64,000 bases of DNA, taken from NCBI GenBank assembly GCA_964016885.1, contig OZ024748.1, forward strand, positions 43,338,001 to 43,402,000, given 5' to 3'. The translations under genes and the position numbers were made by a program. A model generated the notes under the pieces. The model searched no databases and was not told the origin of the DNA. It worked only from the letters and a program-made list of their open reading frames with translations. Below, one piece after another: positions 39,151 through 52,619 of the stretch (positions are counted from its first letter, which is position 1; the number at the start of each line of letters is the position of its first letter). This DNA comes from Eledone cirrhosa (taxonomy: Eukaryota).

Positions 39151-39361
39151 TAAAAACAAGAAGTGTAAGTCAACAGGTTAAAATTAACTTTGTTTATTCA
39201 TATTCGCTGTTATATATATTTCAGTGATAACCATTATTCAACAGCTATGACCTCATCAGACAGCTAGAACTTGAATAATGGTTATCACCGAAATATATAT
39301 AACAGCGAATATGAATAAACAAAGTTAATTTTAACCTGTTGACTTACACTTCTTGTTTTTA
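39151..39361. repeat. Foldback inverted repeat, about 91-bp arms (1 mismatch) and 29-bp loop
   Basis: 39151-39241 is the reverse complement of 39271-39361. Confidence 0.92.
39206..39264 (-). ncRNA. Type I hammerhead ribozyme motif inside foldback 39151-39361
   Basis: GCUGU-CUGAUGA-[ggucauagcuguu gaau aaugguuaucacu]-GAAA-UAUAUA-UA-ACAGC: 5-bp stem I, about 12-bp stem II, palindromic stem III, downstream AATAAA. Confidence 0.82.
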
Positions 39362-39377
39362 TATATCTATGTGTGTG

Positions 39378-39479
<102 letters not shown>

Positions 39480-40612
39480 TATGTATATAAATATATTGAT
39501 GATGATGATAGTATAATATACTCATAGTTTTGTTAGACAATGGTGAAGAAACTGAATATTACTTATTCCCTCCATAAAACAACGGGTTATGTTCTAGTAT
39601 ATATATATATATATATAAAGATTTTTTTCCCTGAATAGTTCAAAACTAGAATCAGTGGACCATGCAGCAGGTGGTGAAAATATTTAACTAGTATTAGAAA
39701 CGGAATTAAACAAGAAAAGTGTTTATTCTCGTAACATAGTTCAGTATTTTTACAGCTTCTGCTGGCATATACTGTATAGTAGCTTATTGAAACTACACAC
39801 ATACAGGCCTATATAATATACTTGAGGCATTTAAAGCTGGTGAGGACCACAGAAAGTCATTGTTTTAAATCATCCACTATTAAACTATACAGATGGATGG
39901 CTCCGTAACTCCTGGGGGAGTTGTAGGAGTGCCATACTGACATACAATGTTTCTAGGGCATGATTAAACTTGGCAGAGCCCATCTCCTCTCTCCAGGTCT
40001 GAATATAGCAGATTTCTTCCTGAAAACAATAGAGAAAGTGAGAGAATAGAAGTGAGGAAGATACACAGAGGAAGAATTGACTCTGGTATTATCCTAGTAA
40101 TTTTTTTATCGTCCTTGAATGGATGAAAGGCAAAGTTGACCTCGGTGGTATTTGGACTCAGAAAACTCAGAGAGCTGGAACTAATACCACAGAGCATTCT
40201 ATCTGACGTTCTACCGACTCAGCTAATTCACTGCCTTTTAAACTATACACTAACAATAATCCATGTTATAATAAATGTACACTAGGTTTTGTCCATCTGT
40301 CACAGGAACACTATGGTCTGTGACAAAAGCTTCTTAATCAAACTTGGCCATCTTTTTTCAAGTAGAGGATCACAAAGAATATGGGTCATATATTAGAAAT
40401 GAAGTATCATAGAATCTTTTATGTTCAGTCAACCCTTTTGATACAAAACCATCTGACCCTCTCACCCACCCCTGGTTCTATAAGACAAAACTGTTCATTT
40501 TAAAGTACTCATATTTATCTGAAAATCTTCCATTATAATTTCCTGTAAGAACCTTTGTTAAGTTATGTTCTGAAGATTAGATAAGTATTGATAAAGTTAG
40601 TTATATTATTAA

Positions 40613-40888
40613 CACTTTAGCATTTAAACTGGCCATATCAGGCCAGAATTCTTGCACCTCTTTCTGTTTAAACCGGCTGTAACTGGCCACTCATACTGAT
40701 GTTAAGGTATTGTTCTCAAAATAATATCAAAATCTCATAGATTCGGTCTTATGTGAGATAAAGCCTTTACCGTGAAAATACAATAGTATATATAGAGTAA
40801 TGTAAATGTTATGTGAGATATTATGTGAGGTAAAACCTTTACCGTGAAAATACAATAGTAAATATAGAGTAATGTAAATGGTAAAGGG
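40613..40888. mobile_element. TTAA-flanked MITE, nested in a second TTAA-type MITE (about 40430-40983)
   Basis: ttaa|cactttagcatttaaac ... gtaaatggtaaaggg|ttaa. Further copies at 41965-42189 and 44339-44605, and a fragment at about 14500-14630. Confidence 0.75.
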
Positions 40889-42240
40889 TTAAATCCTTCC
40901 AATTTCTTTATTTTTTTTTTTCAAAATAATTTGAAAATTATAGTCAATGTGTTCCATTAGAAATATGTTAAAGAAAGAGTTAAAAGTCACATCTGGGAAT
41001 TTGGTAACACATTGGAACCATATTTTGAGATTTCAGATAAATAAAAATTGCATTTAAAATCTGAGTCCATGGAAGCTATAAAAATATTCAACAAGAGAAA
41101 GTTCTAGATCTTTTACAGCTTCCCTTATTTCCTCTTTTCTTTCTCCGTTTCCTCATCCATAATCTGCCTCCATTGGTCTTCAATATTTGAAATTTTATTT
41201 TTTGTTGTTTTATATTTTCCTCCTTTTTCTTTTTTTTTCTTTCAGTTTGTAATTTTTTTTATTACTTATCTCTCTGGTTCTTTTTGATTACCAACTATAA
41301 AGAGTACTCAATACTTTCCCTAGTCTGTCATAGCTTACTAGCTCTATACGAACGTTTAAATTGAATGAATAAATAAATAAAACTTGAGTAGACTATTTAG
41401 ATCAAAATGTTGTTGCACGATTACAGTTAGTAGTTACTAGTTTCAGAAAATGTCAAATCAGAACGTAGATAATGTTTCAAATAAAATATTTAGATTGCCA
41501 TTAAAAAACAGAGATAAAAATATATGTAAAAGGATTGTGAAATATATAAGATCAGCTAAACTTTCATATTTATTCTTGCGTGATTCTCTTAAGTAGGCGG
41601 TGAATTGGTAGAGATGTCAGAACATCATCATCATCATCTTACGTCCGCTTTTCCCTGCTTGCAAGACGTCAGAACATTGGATAGAATACTTTGTGGTATT
41701 TGTTCCAGCTCTCTGAGTTCAAATCCCATTGAAGTCAACTTTGCCTTTCATCCATTTGAGGTCGATAAAAAAAGTACTGGGGTCAAGTCTTCCTCTATAT
41801 CTCTTTCTCACTTTCTGTCCTTCTCTGGAAGAAATCTGCTGGAAAGGAGATGGGCTCTGCCAGGTTTCAAATACCCAAGAAACACTGTATGTCACGACAG
41901 AACCCCTGCAACTATCAGAAGTTATGGGACCAGACAAATTCCCTTAACTCTTCATATAAAACCAGCACTTTAGCATTTACATTACTCTATATATACTATT
42001 ATATTTTCGTGGTAAATGCTTTATCTCACATAATTATCTCCCACATTATCAAATCTATGAGATTTTGAAAGTATTTATTTTGAGAATAATACCTTAACAT
42101 TAGTATGAGTGACCAGTTGCAACCAGTTTCAACAGAAAAAGGTAGAGAATTCTGGCCGGTTTTGGCCGGTTTGAACATTAAAGGGTTAAAGAGTTTATAT
42201 TTATTGAGAAACCTTCCACATTTATCTTAATGTAAGAACC

Positions 42241-42432
42241 TTGGTGGTGGTGGTGTTGGTGGTGGTGGTGGTGATGGTGGTGGTGGTGGAGATGATGGTG
42301 GTGGTGGTGGAGATGATGGTGGTGGTGGTGGAGATGATGGTGGTGGTGGTGGTGGTGATAATGGTGGTGGTGGTGATGGTGATAATGATGATGATGGTGG
42401 TGGTGATAATGATTGTGATGGTGATAGTGATG
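42241..42432. repeat. (GGT)n/(GAT)n trinucleotide microsatellite
   Basis: Directly visible; it explains the poly-His, poly-Thr and poly-Val ORFs. Confidence 0.95.
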
Positions 42433-42625
42433 ACTATTAACTCTATAATACCCATTGTCAGTAATTCTCGCTGTCCTATTATAATAATCACGTGACATAC
42501 AACAGATGTCACATGATCATGTGACACACAACAGATGTCACTATCTCTGTTATACTAATATTTCATAATTTACTCTTGTTTCTTGGTCAATGTTGACCCC
42601 TTTTAAAGCTACTACACTATAAATA

Positions 42626-43670
42626 TTTACTGTAAACAGTGTTTACAGTAAATATGTGACTATAAACAAACTAGTGTTCACTGTAAATATGTGACTGTAA
42701 ACCAACTAGTGTTCACTGTAAATATGTGACTATAAACAAACTAGTGTTCACTATAAATATGTGACTATAAACAAACTAGTGTTCACTGTAAATATGTGAC
42801 TATAAACAAACTAGTGTTCACTGTAAATATGTGACTATAAACAAACTAGTGTTCACTGTAAATATGTGACTATAAACAAACTAGTGTTCACTGTAAATAT
42901 GTGACTATAAACAAACTAATGTACACTGTAAATATGTGACTATAAACAAACTAGTGTTCACTGTAAATATGTGACTATAAACAAACTAATATTCACTGTA
43001 AATGTGTGACTATAAACAAACTAGTGTTCACTATAAATATGTGACTATAAACAAACTAATGTACACTGTAAATATGTGACTATAAACAAACTAATGTTCA
43101 CTGTAAATATGTGACTATAAACAAACTAGTGTTCACTGTAAATATGTGACTATAAACAAACTAATGTACACTGTAAATATGTGACTATAAACAAACTAGT
43201 GTTCACTATAAATATGTGACTATAAACAAACTAGTGTTCACTGTAAATATGTGACTGTAAACCAACTAGTGTTCACTGTAAATATGTGACTATAAACAAA
43301 CTAGTGTTCACTATAAATATGTGACTGTAAACCAACTAGTGTTCACTGTAAATGTGTGACTATAAACAAACTAGTGTTCACTATAAATATGTGACTGTAA
43401 ACCAACTAGTGTTCACTGTAAATATGTGACTATAAACAAACTAGTGTTCACTATAAATATGTGACTGTAAACCAACTAGTGTTCACTGTAAATGTGTGAC
43501 TATAAACAAACTAATGTACACTGTAAATATGTGACTATAAACAAACTAATGTTCACTGTAAATATGTGACTATAAACAAACTAATGTTCACTGTAAATAT
43601 GTGACTGTAAACAAACTAATGTTCACTGTAAATATGTGACTGTAAACAGTGTTTACAGTCACATATGTGA
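42626..43670. repeat. 35-bp minisatellite, about 28 copies
   Basis: Unit aatatgtgactataaacaaactagtgttcactgta, bracketed at both ends by ctgtaaacagtgtttacag palindromes. Confidence 0.95.
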
Positions 43671-44276
43671 TTTTCGTTTTCAATTTTATTTACATCATTC
43701 TTAAACTCCGGGGCTGGAAATCATTCTGTTATTTTAAATAGAATATTAGTCTAACGACTCCATTTACACCATAAACTTGGTCTTGTCTTTGCATGAAATT
43801 GTTCTTCTCGCTGCACATAACGACGTATTATCCTCGTTTTTTTCCGTTCATTGCCAGGGAACATCTTCACGAACCAAAATATCGTCTTTCCGTTTTCCTT
43901 CGGTTGCAACGTTTCTCAAAATATTTACTTCTGCATTCACAGATTACTCTCAGTTCAATTTGAATGGGAAATTCCTGTTTCATCGATTTTCTCCGTAACC
44001 ATGGAAGCTTGTAGCTTGAAAGTCGACCCAACGCCTCCTCGGGTCATTCTACATAACTGTGTCAATTTTCATTGCATTCCACCAAGCCGTTTCGACGTTT
44101 ATCTGACTACACCTACTTATACAATGTCCGACTACTTCCAATTTATATAGTAGATACACATTTCACTTTACATGATGGTTAGTCTATCAGGAAATAAAAT
44201 GTCTAGATATTTTTGGGAATAGCTTAGCTTTCTATATTTCATCATATTTAATAGTTCGTACAACTCCTATAGTAAT

Positions 44277-44317
<41 letters not shown>

Positions 44318-44338
44318 AAATTATATCAGCTTTCTTAA

Positions 44339-44605
44339 CCCTTTAGCATTTATATTACTCTATATATACTATCATATTTTCATGGTAAGGCTTTACCTCA
44401 CATAATATCTCACATAACATTTACATTACTCTGTATTTTAACAGTAAAGGCTTTATCTCACATAATATTGAATCTATGAGATTTTTATATTTATTTTGTA
44501 AACAATACCTTAACATCAGTATGAACGGCCAGTTAGAGCCAGTTTAAACAACAGAAAGAGATGGGAGAATTCTGGCCAGATATGGCCAGTTTAAATTCTA
44601 AAGGG
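44339..44605. mobile_element. TTAA-flanked MITE
   Basis: ttaa|ccctttagcattt ... aaattctaaaggg|ttaa. Confidence 0.8.
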
Positions 44606-45203
44606 TTAACAATGTAAACCTAATGATCTGGACTTCAATGTCGGTCCCCTTACAGTGTGAAACTTTCAGACTTCCTTGATTGAAAACTCCACCCCGTGAC
44701 ATGTCAAAAGCTGTTTCTACAAGAGTCATTAACATAAATCAATATATTTAGTAGTAGAAATAGTAGCAGCTTGAAGACATTAAGTACTTTCAGCAATTCA
44801 CAGACGGATAAGTTTCTATTATATTTTTGTTTTTATTGTATTTTGTTATTCTATATGTAATTAATATATAGATTTTATTTATTTATTTGCATTCCAGCAA
44901 GGGGCTGAGGCCATGCTGGACAATTAATATATATATATATATATATATATTTAATATTATTGGGTAATTGCTGGCCTTGTGCCTAAATTAGAAACAATTA
45001 TATATATATATATATAATTAATTGTTTCTACTTTAGGCACAGGGCCAGCAATTACCCAGTACATTACTGGTACTTTATTTTATCGACCCCGTAAGGATGA
45101 AAGGCAAAGTTAACCTCGGCGGGATTTGAACTCAGACTGTAAAGGGACGTAACTCTATGCTAGAAAGCATGGCGTCCGACCCTCTATCGATAACTGCCAA
45201 TCC

Positions 45204-45290
45204 ATTGTTTCTATGTTATGAAAACAAAATCTTTCTTTATTTCCTTCCTTTTCCAATTCCCCATCTCTGTATTACCTAGAATTAAGTAAA

Positions 45291-45357
<67 letters not shown>

Positions 45358-45534
45358 TAGGAAAAGAGTCACGGCCCCGACAGCTGAGCTCCAGCCATTT
45401 CAACAGCTAGATCTGAACTAAGCCACCACATATAATATTATATATATATATATATATATAGGCCTCAGCTGGATAGCTGGAACAGGTTAAAGATATACAT
45501 ATATATATATATAATATTAATTATATATATATAA

Positions 45535-45581
<47 letters not shown>

Positions 45582-45643
45582 TATGTGGTGGCTTAGTTCA
45601 GATCTAGCTGTTGAAATGGCTGGAGCTCAGCTGTCGGGGCCGT

Positions 45644-45698
<55 letters not shown>

Positions 45699-45785
45699 TT
45701 TACTTAATTCTAGGTAATACAGAGATGGGGAATTGGAAAAGGAAGGAAATAAAGAAAGATTTTGTTTTCATAACATAGAAACAAT
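45204..45785. repeat. Large compound inverted repeat including microsatellites
   Basis: 45204-45300 pairs with 45690-45785, and 45369-45440 pairs with 45575-45646, nearly perfectly. Confidence 0.9.
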
Positions 45786-46875
45786 TTGTTGCTTTATCTT
45801 AAACCCCATTAGTCAGCAGAATCTGAGCTGATGACCAGTAGATCTACACAGAGTTTCATGAAACTATTTATACTAAGGTATATTTTCAGTATAAATATCT
45901 CTAAGTTGGTGTCTGTAGGAATAAAACAAAAAATGTGTGCGTGAAGAAAATTCTGGTAGATTGAATATCTGCCTTAGAACTTGAACTGTCTAGAATTAGT
46001 ATAGTAGTATTAGTAAATGCAATGGCAGCAAATTAGCTGGGTTAATAGAACGTTGGATGTTTTATGGTATTCATTCCAGCTCTCTGAATTCAAATCCCAC
46101 CAAGGTCAACTTTACCTTTCATCCTTTCGAGGTCAATAAAAAAGTACCAGTCTAGTACTAGGGTCTATTCTTCCTCTAAATCTCTTTCTCATTTCCTCTC
46201 TCTCACTTTCTCCAGGAGATATCTGCTGTACTCAGACCTGGAGAGGGATGGGCTCCACCAAACTAAAAATGCCCAAAGAAACACTGTATGTCAATGCGAA
46301 GCCCCTACAACTATCAGGAATTATGGGACCATATATACTATACATACATATAAGTACATTGGTTAGTGTAGAGTTTGGGATTGTGAGACAATATACCATA
46401 TATACTTAAATATAAGCAGGCTCCACTATTTTATGTCTGAGAAATGGGCAAAAATCCAAAACTTCTTTACATTGATGAAGTTGGTGAAAATCGTCAAAAT
46501 ATTGACCCCAAATATAAGCTGACCCGCCTCCACTATCGATTTTTGGGGGTTATATATTTCTCGGCTAATATTCAAGTATATATGATGATATGAAGAAAGA
46601 GAGAAATGGGTGTTGCAGTTAGGCCTCAGACGGGGGGGGGGGGGTCAAGAGGAGAGCTGAGGTAAGTGTAGTGGGAACAGAACAGAGAGGAGACAATCAC
46701 ATCTATAGATCAGAGGCTGTAGTGTATTTGTAAGGAGTCCAATAAGGGATCTGTCATTAGGTAAATCAGGAGGGCACAGAACTGACAGAGCAAGTAAGCC
46801 ATGATAGATTAAGAGAGGTATCTAATACCCTTATAAATTAAGAAAAAAAAAGGGGGAAAACAGGAGGCGAAAGAA

Positions 46876-46920
<45 letters not shown>

Positions 46921-46969
46921 TTTTCAGCCCCATGGATTGTGTCTAATATATTCCTTTGTTAAATTTCGA

Positions 46970-47027
46970 ATACCTGATGATGTCACAGGATTCATACTGA
47001 ACCCGGTCAGTGAAATGATCATAGTAT
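46970..47027 (+). ncRNA. Minimal hammerhead ribozyme motif
   Basis: AUAC-CUGAUGA-[stem II]-GAAA-UGAUCA-UA-GUAU-AAUAAA; stem III AUGAUCAU is a perfect palindrome. Homolog at 52670-52727(-). Confidence 0.78.
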
Positions 47028-47209
47028 AATAAACCTTTAAGGAATTACACCAGTCCAGCCTCCTGTTATTTTATAATATATATATATATATATATATATC
47101 CATCATCATCATCATCTATATATATATATATAAATAAGAGAGAGAGAGGGTCCTGGGTTCAATCGGGGTAATCAAAGTATGGTACTCAATACATTAATAG
47201 AGTGTAAAC

Positions 47210-47314
47210 ATCAAATTTAATATAGAAATGGCTTCTACGGGACTAGGACTGTTTCATTCGAAGGAAATGAAACAGTTCTAGTCCCGTAGAAGCCATTTCT
47301 ATATTAAATTTGAT
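47210..47314. repeat. Foldback (49-bp arms, 7-nt loop) made of the 3' half of a hammerhead element
   Basis: Arms contain aatGAAACAGtyCTAgtcccgtagaagccatttctata, homologous to the downstream half of the 49250 element. Confidence 0.85.
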
Positions 47315-47859
47315 TTATATATATATAGTATCCACACAGCTCCCTGTTTCTTCTATATATAGATAGATACACACGCAAATGTAAGAAGTGTAAAGGGAAT
47401 ACATTTTTGCGATTCATAATTCCCTCTAAGGTTGAGAAAACAAGGGATCCTTTACGAGGTTGAAAGGTCTGCTAGATATAGCCAAATCTTCTGGAATCAC
47501 ACACCCTTGCTGCCCTTTAAAACATAAGGACACATCTCCAACCTCGCCCTAAAATGACCCTAAATATATACAAACGGACGCGATGGGCGTAGATGTACTT
47601 AATCAGAACTGAACATTAACTATAAACAACATCTGGATGTGACAAGAAAGGAAAATATAAAGAAAGAAAGCATCAAACATCGCATCATGGTAACATTCTT
47701 ATAAGATGAACAAGTTGTAATGAATATTAGGAAGACGGTGTAAAATGTTGAGTAGTCTAAAAGAGAGAGAGTAGCTTATTTTATAGCTTTTCTTTCTGAT
47801 TTGTTTTGTTTTGTTTTGTTTTTTCTTGCCTTGCAGGTTATTTTCTCGGCATATATAAT

Positions 47860-48070
47860 GAGAGAGAGAGAGAAGGACGAAGTGAGAGAGAGAGAAAGAC
47901 GAAGTGAGAGAGAGAGAAAGACGAAGTAGGGGAGAGAGAGAGACGGGGTAGGGAGAGAGAGAGAGAGAGAGAGGGGGAGACGAGGTAGGGAGAGAGAGGG
48001 GGAGACGAGGTAGGGAGAGAGAGAGGGGGAGACGAAGTAGGGAGAGAGAGAGAGGGAGACGAGGTAGGGG
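47860..48070. repeat. (GA)n-rich compound repeat with gacgaggtaggg units
   Basis: Directly visible. Confidence 0.85.
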
Positions 48071-48937
48071 TGTGCTCTATAAAAAGGTAAAGGTTGCAAA
48101 GTAGAAAAGTGAGAGAGACAAAGAAGAAGAAAAAAGCCCCACATTAATTTCTTTTAATATTACAATCTATATGACAAATATAAATAGCAATATTATAATA
48201 TTGTTTTAATCATATGAACATTATAGAAACATTTATTACGGGTGTACGGACTTTCATATGAATAGATTTTCTGCGAATGTATATATTTGCAATCAACCAC
48301 GCCCTAAAGGTATGCTGGTTTTCAGAAGGTAACTTCAATAGATCATCTCTTTTACAGAAAGATATATATTAAGAAAATGTCAAATGTTTGGTGCAAATAA
48401 GAGCTTGAAATCGAAATTAAATCGTTAGCAATTATTAACGGTAAATAAATGAGATTAGCATCAGTTGCGCTAGTTAGTGACGTCATGTTGCAACAAAGTT
48501 CCAACATTTCCATCACCAACTTAAGTACCCCGTAAAAGTTTGGAATTTCTAGATTTTAGATAAACACAAAAAAAAACATTACAATTCTCCGCTGAACGTA
48601 TCTTTTAAAATCAATAACATTGAAGATATTCATCTAATTATAATCCATCTAATTATAATCCATTTACGCATAAAGATGTTTTATTTCATACACGGTTTCT
48701 ACCCAGGGTTTAAGATGGACGTTGTTGCTCTGCGTTCGACACAACTAGTGGCTAAATAACAACAATATTATAGATTGTCATGATGATATCAACAAGAATA
48801 AATAATTAGTTAGAGGGTTTTTTTTTCACATAATTTTTAGACTTGTAACATTCATGCCTTTCCCCGAAGGCATTAAATACAATTTTACCAGAGGATTCTT
48901 ATTGAAAACTCTCTCGCTCTCTTTCTCTCCCTCCATA

Positions 48938-49005
<68 letters not shown>

Positions 49006-49249
49006 CAGGGTGTCCCCAAAAATGTATACACACTTTAACAGCGTTCTAATAAACATTGCCTGTATATAATTATAGACACAATCCATGGGGCTTTATATAA
49101 TCAAAGTGTGCATATATTATATATATATATATAGTTTTGAGAGGATTCCAGAAGGGTATCAGATGACCATAGTTTTGGGGGGTTTTTTTAAGTACTCAAT
49201 ACATTAGTAAAGTATGGGTATGTTTATTTTATATAGAAATGCCTTCTAC

Positions 49250-49291
49250 ATAACTACAACTGTTTCATTCGTAACAAAATCATCAGGATAT
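49250..49291 (-). ncRNA. Minimal hammerhead ribozyme motif
   Basis: AUAUC-CUGAUGA-uuuuguuacgaau-GAAA-CAGUUG-UA-GUUAU; near-palindromic stem III, one stem I mismatch, AATAAA downstream. Confidence 0.65.
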
Positions 49292-50019
49292 ATATATATA
49301 TATATATATATTTATCGGATTTCCAACAAATTAAATACCCCTTCTACTTATATTTTTATATATATTTGTGATTCTTAAAGAAAATAATTGTTTCTACTTT
49401 AGGCACAAGGCCAGCAATTACCCAGTGCATTACTGGTACTTTATTTTATCGACCCTGAATACAAAACATGGGATTTCTTTCAGATTTGACAGGGTTCGTA
49501 GCATTAGTACCTTTACCGAAATAAGGCTACTACTACTACTACTAATACGACGACCTTAAAAGTAAACAAATCAGAGAATTTAACAGAATTAAAAGAAGAC
49601 AACGAACTGTGTATTTCTCATAAGATTGTATTTTCTTACAATGATTGTTCTAAAGTTTAGAAATAAGATACTGACGCTAGAACAGAGAACACATTTCCTA
49701 CCGGCTTTGGCTGCCTTGATAAGTAAATATTGGAATTGTTACGAAGACTTTCGCTGACATTCGCAGAAATGTCAGAGCAGCTTTGAAGACAAATATATAC
49801 AATACTTGATTCTGCTGCAAAAAGAATTTATTTACCATTCACTGACGAATATATTAAAGAAAATTCGTGAAATAAATTAAGAATCTCTTCAGGTGTCTAC
49901 AATAATAAATCGAAGCTTAATATTGAAATAATTTCAACGAAAGTCATGTCCTCATGTCCTGAGTACAGCCTTAAAATAATCGATAAACAAAATAGAATAA
50001 ATAACACATTGATACACAC

Positions 50020-50382
50020 CCATGATGGTAGATCTTCCACCCGAGCTAGTATGGATTTCTTCTCGGAACGGGCCGCAGTCTGCGCAATTTCGATTTGCAT
50101 ATCTCTGACTTGGGAATATCTTTCTCTCCATAAATACACAAAAAGTGCCAGTAATAACCAGCTGAAACTGAAGTTGAAATAACCGACAAGCCATATTACG
50201 AAAACAAGAAGGGCCAACTTAAAAAATCGTTGCACTAACGACAATACCATCGTATCGTCAAAAGAAGAATTTTTCGCTTCTTCTTTTGGTGCTTCTGTAG
50301 CTTCATTTTGAGATGTGGAACGAGAAGGAGCTGCTGGTTTAGACACAGCCGCTTTAGAGGCAGGCTTTTCTGCTTTCGACAT
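50020..50382 (-). CDS. ESYT2: Extended synaptotagmin (ESYT2-like), first coding exon: N-terminal tail plus hydrophobic membrane hairpin
   Basis: Translation MSKAEK...LALLVFVIWLVGYFNFSFSWLLLALFVYLW...ARVEDLPSW matches the E-Syt N-terminus. It is followed by a GT donor (gtgtgt at 50019); 363 nt, phase 0. Paralog number is uncertain. Confidence 0.88.
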
Positions 50383-51449
50383 TTCTGTCTGACAACTTTC
50401 GTCACACTGCTTCAGCTAAACGTCTCGCCAACCAAAGCACATTCGACAAGGTGCGCGGTCAAACAGGGGAGATCACTCAACACAGACGAGATTTTACTAG
50501 CTTATAATTCTATTAATAGCGAGACATTTGTCTGAGCACGTTCAATTTTATTTCACTTTAAAACCCTCAAACATTTAGCTATTTAAGACTACGATTATTT
50601 TATGAAAATAAACTTATAGTGACTATCGTCTCCTTTTATGGAAGTCTTCCTTGTTCATCCTACACTATACTTTTAAACCTATAGTTAGTCTTATCTATGC
50701 TCGACTGTAGTCTTTCGAAGAATCTGATTTCACTACAGTCGCCTGCTTGTTCTCTCTCTCTCTCATACACACACATATACACACGTGTGTGTGTTTGACT
50801 CTCTCTCTCTCTATCTATCTATCTCACATACATATTGTGTGTTTGCTCCTCCCCCCTCTCTCTCTCTTTCTCTCTGTTCTGCCCAAAGGCCAAGCATGTC
50901 TTATGCAGGATTTGACTGCTTTGAATAAATTCTTTGAAACCCATTCACAAAATCAACAAAGAAAATAGACAATACTAATAATAATATAAATGTTTCGGAA
51001 AGAAGAAAAACAAAGACACGGTCATTTCATTGAAGTAAACATTACATTACATGACAAGGATGAAAGGCAAAGTTAAACTCAAATCCCGCCTTTCATCCTT
51101 ACGGGGTCGATAAAATAAAGTACCAGTCATGTAATGGATTATTGCTGGCCTTGTGCCAAAAGTAGAAACAATTACTTTACATGACAAAAAGACACGCCGG
51201 AAATTTCAAGAAACCTCTCTCAATCCCCGCAAAATACTCGATACAACCGAGATGTTGTATTTGAAATTAGAGACCTGCTACGCTGGGTCACGGTGGACCA
51301 CTTTCCTCGCTAGCAGAACTCAAGATATAGGAGGTGTAATTGCAACACAGGAATGGATCAGACCACCCCGACTGATGTCTTCGTTAATTCTCCTGTCTTA
51401 GGCTGGTACTTTGTTTAACGAATCAGAAAGGGGTGGTGGTGTCTATTGT

Positions 51450-51492
<43 letters not shown>

Positions 51493-51623
51493 AAAGTTCT
51501 ATTTAAAGTTGTTGGGATACAACAAGTAAATATTTTTATAACTGATATAAAGCACTCGACAAGTGTTTGGAGTAGATATACGATATTAATAAATGGAAAC
51601 TATATTTATAAAACCATATTTAT

Positions 51624-51682
51624 TTCATTATACATATTTCAGGGATACCACATCAAATTATGGTATGCCTTCATCAGACAAA
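51624..51682 (-). ncRNA. Minimal hammerhead ribozyme motif (same family as 15289)
   Basis: UUUGU-CUGAUGA-agg.auacca...ugguau.ccu-GAAA-UAUGUA-UA-AUGAA-AUAAA. Confidence 0.78.
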
Positions 51683-51752
51683 ATACAATATATATAACAG
51701 TTTTACAAATAGCTTTGACGTACCCTTTTAAAATGCAACCATTACTTTTGGA

Positions 51753-51798
<46 letters not shown>

Positions 51799-51806
<8 letters not shown>

Positions 51807-52213
51807 ATACTTTGGGAGGGTCATGTTGCCAATAAGAAACACACGCACCAGTTGCTTTCACTTCAATTTATTATAAATTAAATTTAAAAATTTAGAAATT
51901 TAGAAATTTCCGGTTGGTTGGTTCCACAACCAGACGATTGTTCATATATTGTCAAAGTTCTTTCGTCACACATTCTGTGACCTCTTCAGTGACTGGGGAT
52001 TCTTTTCTTTGTTTTTGTGCCTCTCAAGAGGTCACAGAATGTGTGACGAAAGAACTTTGACAATATATGAACAATCGTCTGGTTGTGGAACCAACCAACC
52101 GGAAATTTATGAATTCCTAGATTTATAAATTTAATTTATAATAAATTGAAGTGAAAGCAACTGGTGCGTGTGTTTCTTATTGGCAACATGACCCTCCCAA
52201 AGTATAACAATAT
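51799..52213. repeat. Foldback inverted repeat, about 185-bp arms and 39-bp loop
   Basis: 51799-51986 pairs with 52026-52213; it diverges only in a short AT-rich patch. Confidence 0.92.
51951..51993 (-). ncRNA. Minimal hammerhead ribozyme motif inside a foldback
   Basis: GUCA-CUGAAGA-G-GUCACA(gaaug)UGUGAC-GAAA-GAAC-UU-UGAC: perfect 6-bp stem II and 4-bp stem I. Confidence 0.75.
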
Positions 52214-52295
52214 CGGTTTCAACACACGTTTTCAGATAAAGAACCTTGCTAAACAAATTCAGAAACGAAATATATATATATATATACTTTATAAA

Positions 52296-52379
<84 letters not shown>

Positions 52380-52421
52380 TTTATAAAGTATATATATATA
52401 TATATATAGTATATATGTATA

Positions 52422-52474
<53 letters not shown>

Positions 52475-52578
52475 ATAAGAAGAATCAGTGTTGCGACGAA
52501 TAAAATTTATTAGACATATTACATCCATCGAGTGCTCAAACGACCTACCGCTTACGGGCGCTTTAAGCATCCCACACC

Positions 52579-52615
<37 letters not shown>

Positions 52616-52619
<4 letters not shown>

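Noticed and set aside
42178-42527. Poly-His/Thr/Val ORFs
   Set aside because: (GGT)n microsatellite with no splice or domain evidence.
45825-45875. CTGATGA...GAAAC as another hammerhead
   Set aside because: No stem I complementarity and no credible stem II or III.
48236-48535. MITE with ttacggg.tac termini (also mariner-like ends at about 24320 and 49005, hAT-like end at about 14416)
   Set aside because: Termini short or unpaired and no second copy in the window; too weak to call.
49897-50019. C-terminal 40 aa of the 161-aa ORF
   Set aside because: Read-through into intron 1; homology continues in exon 2 after the GT at 50019.
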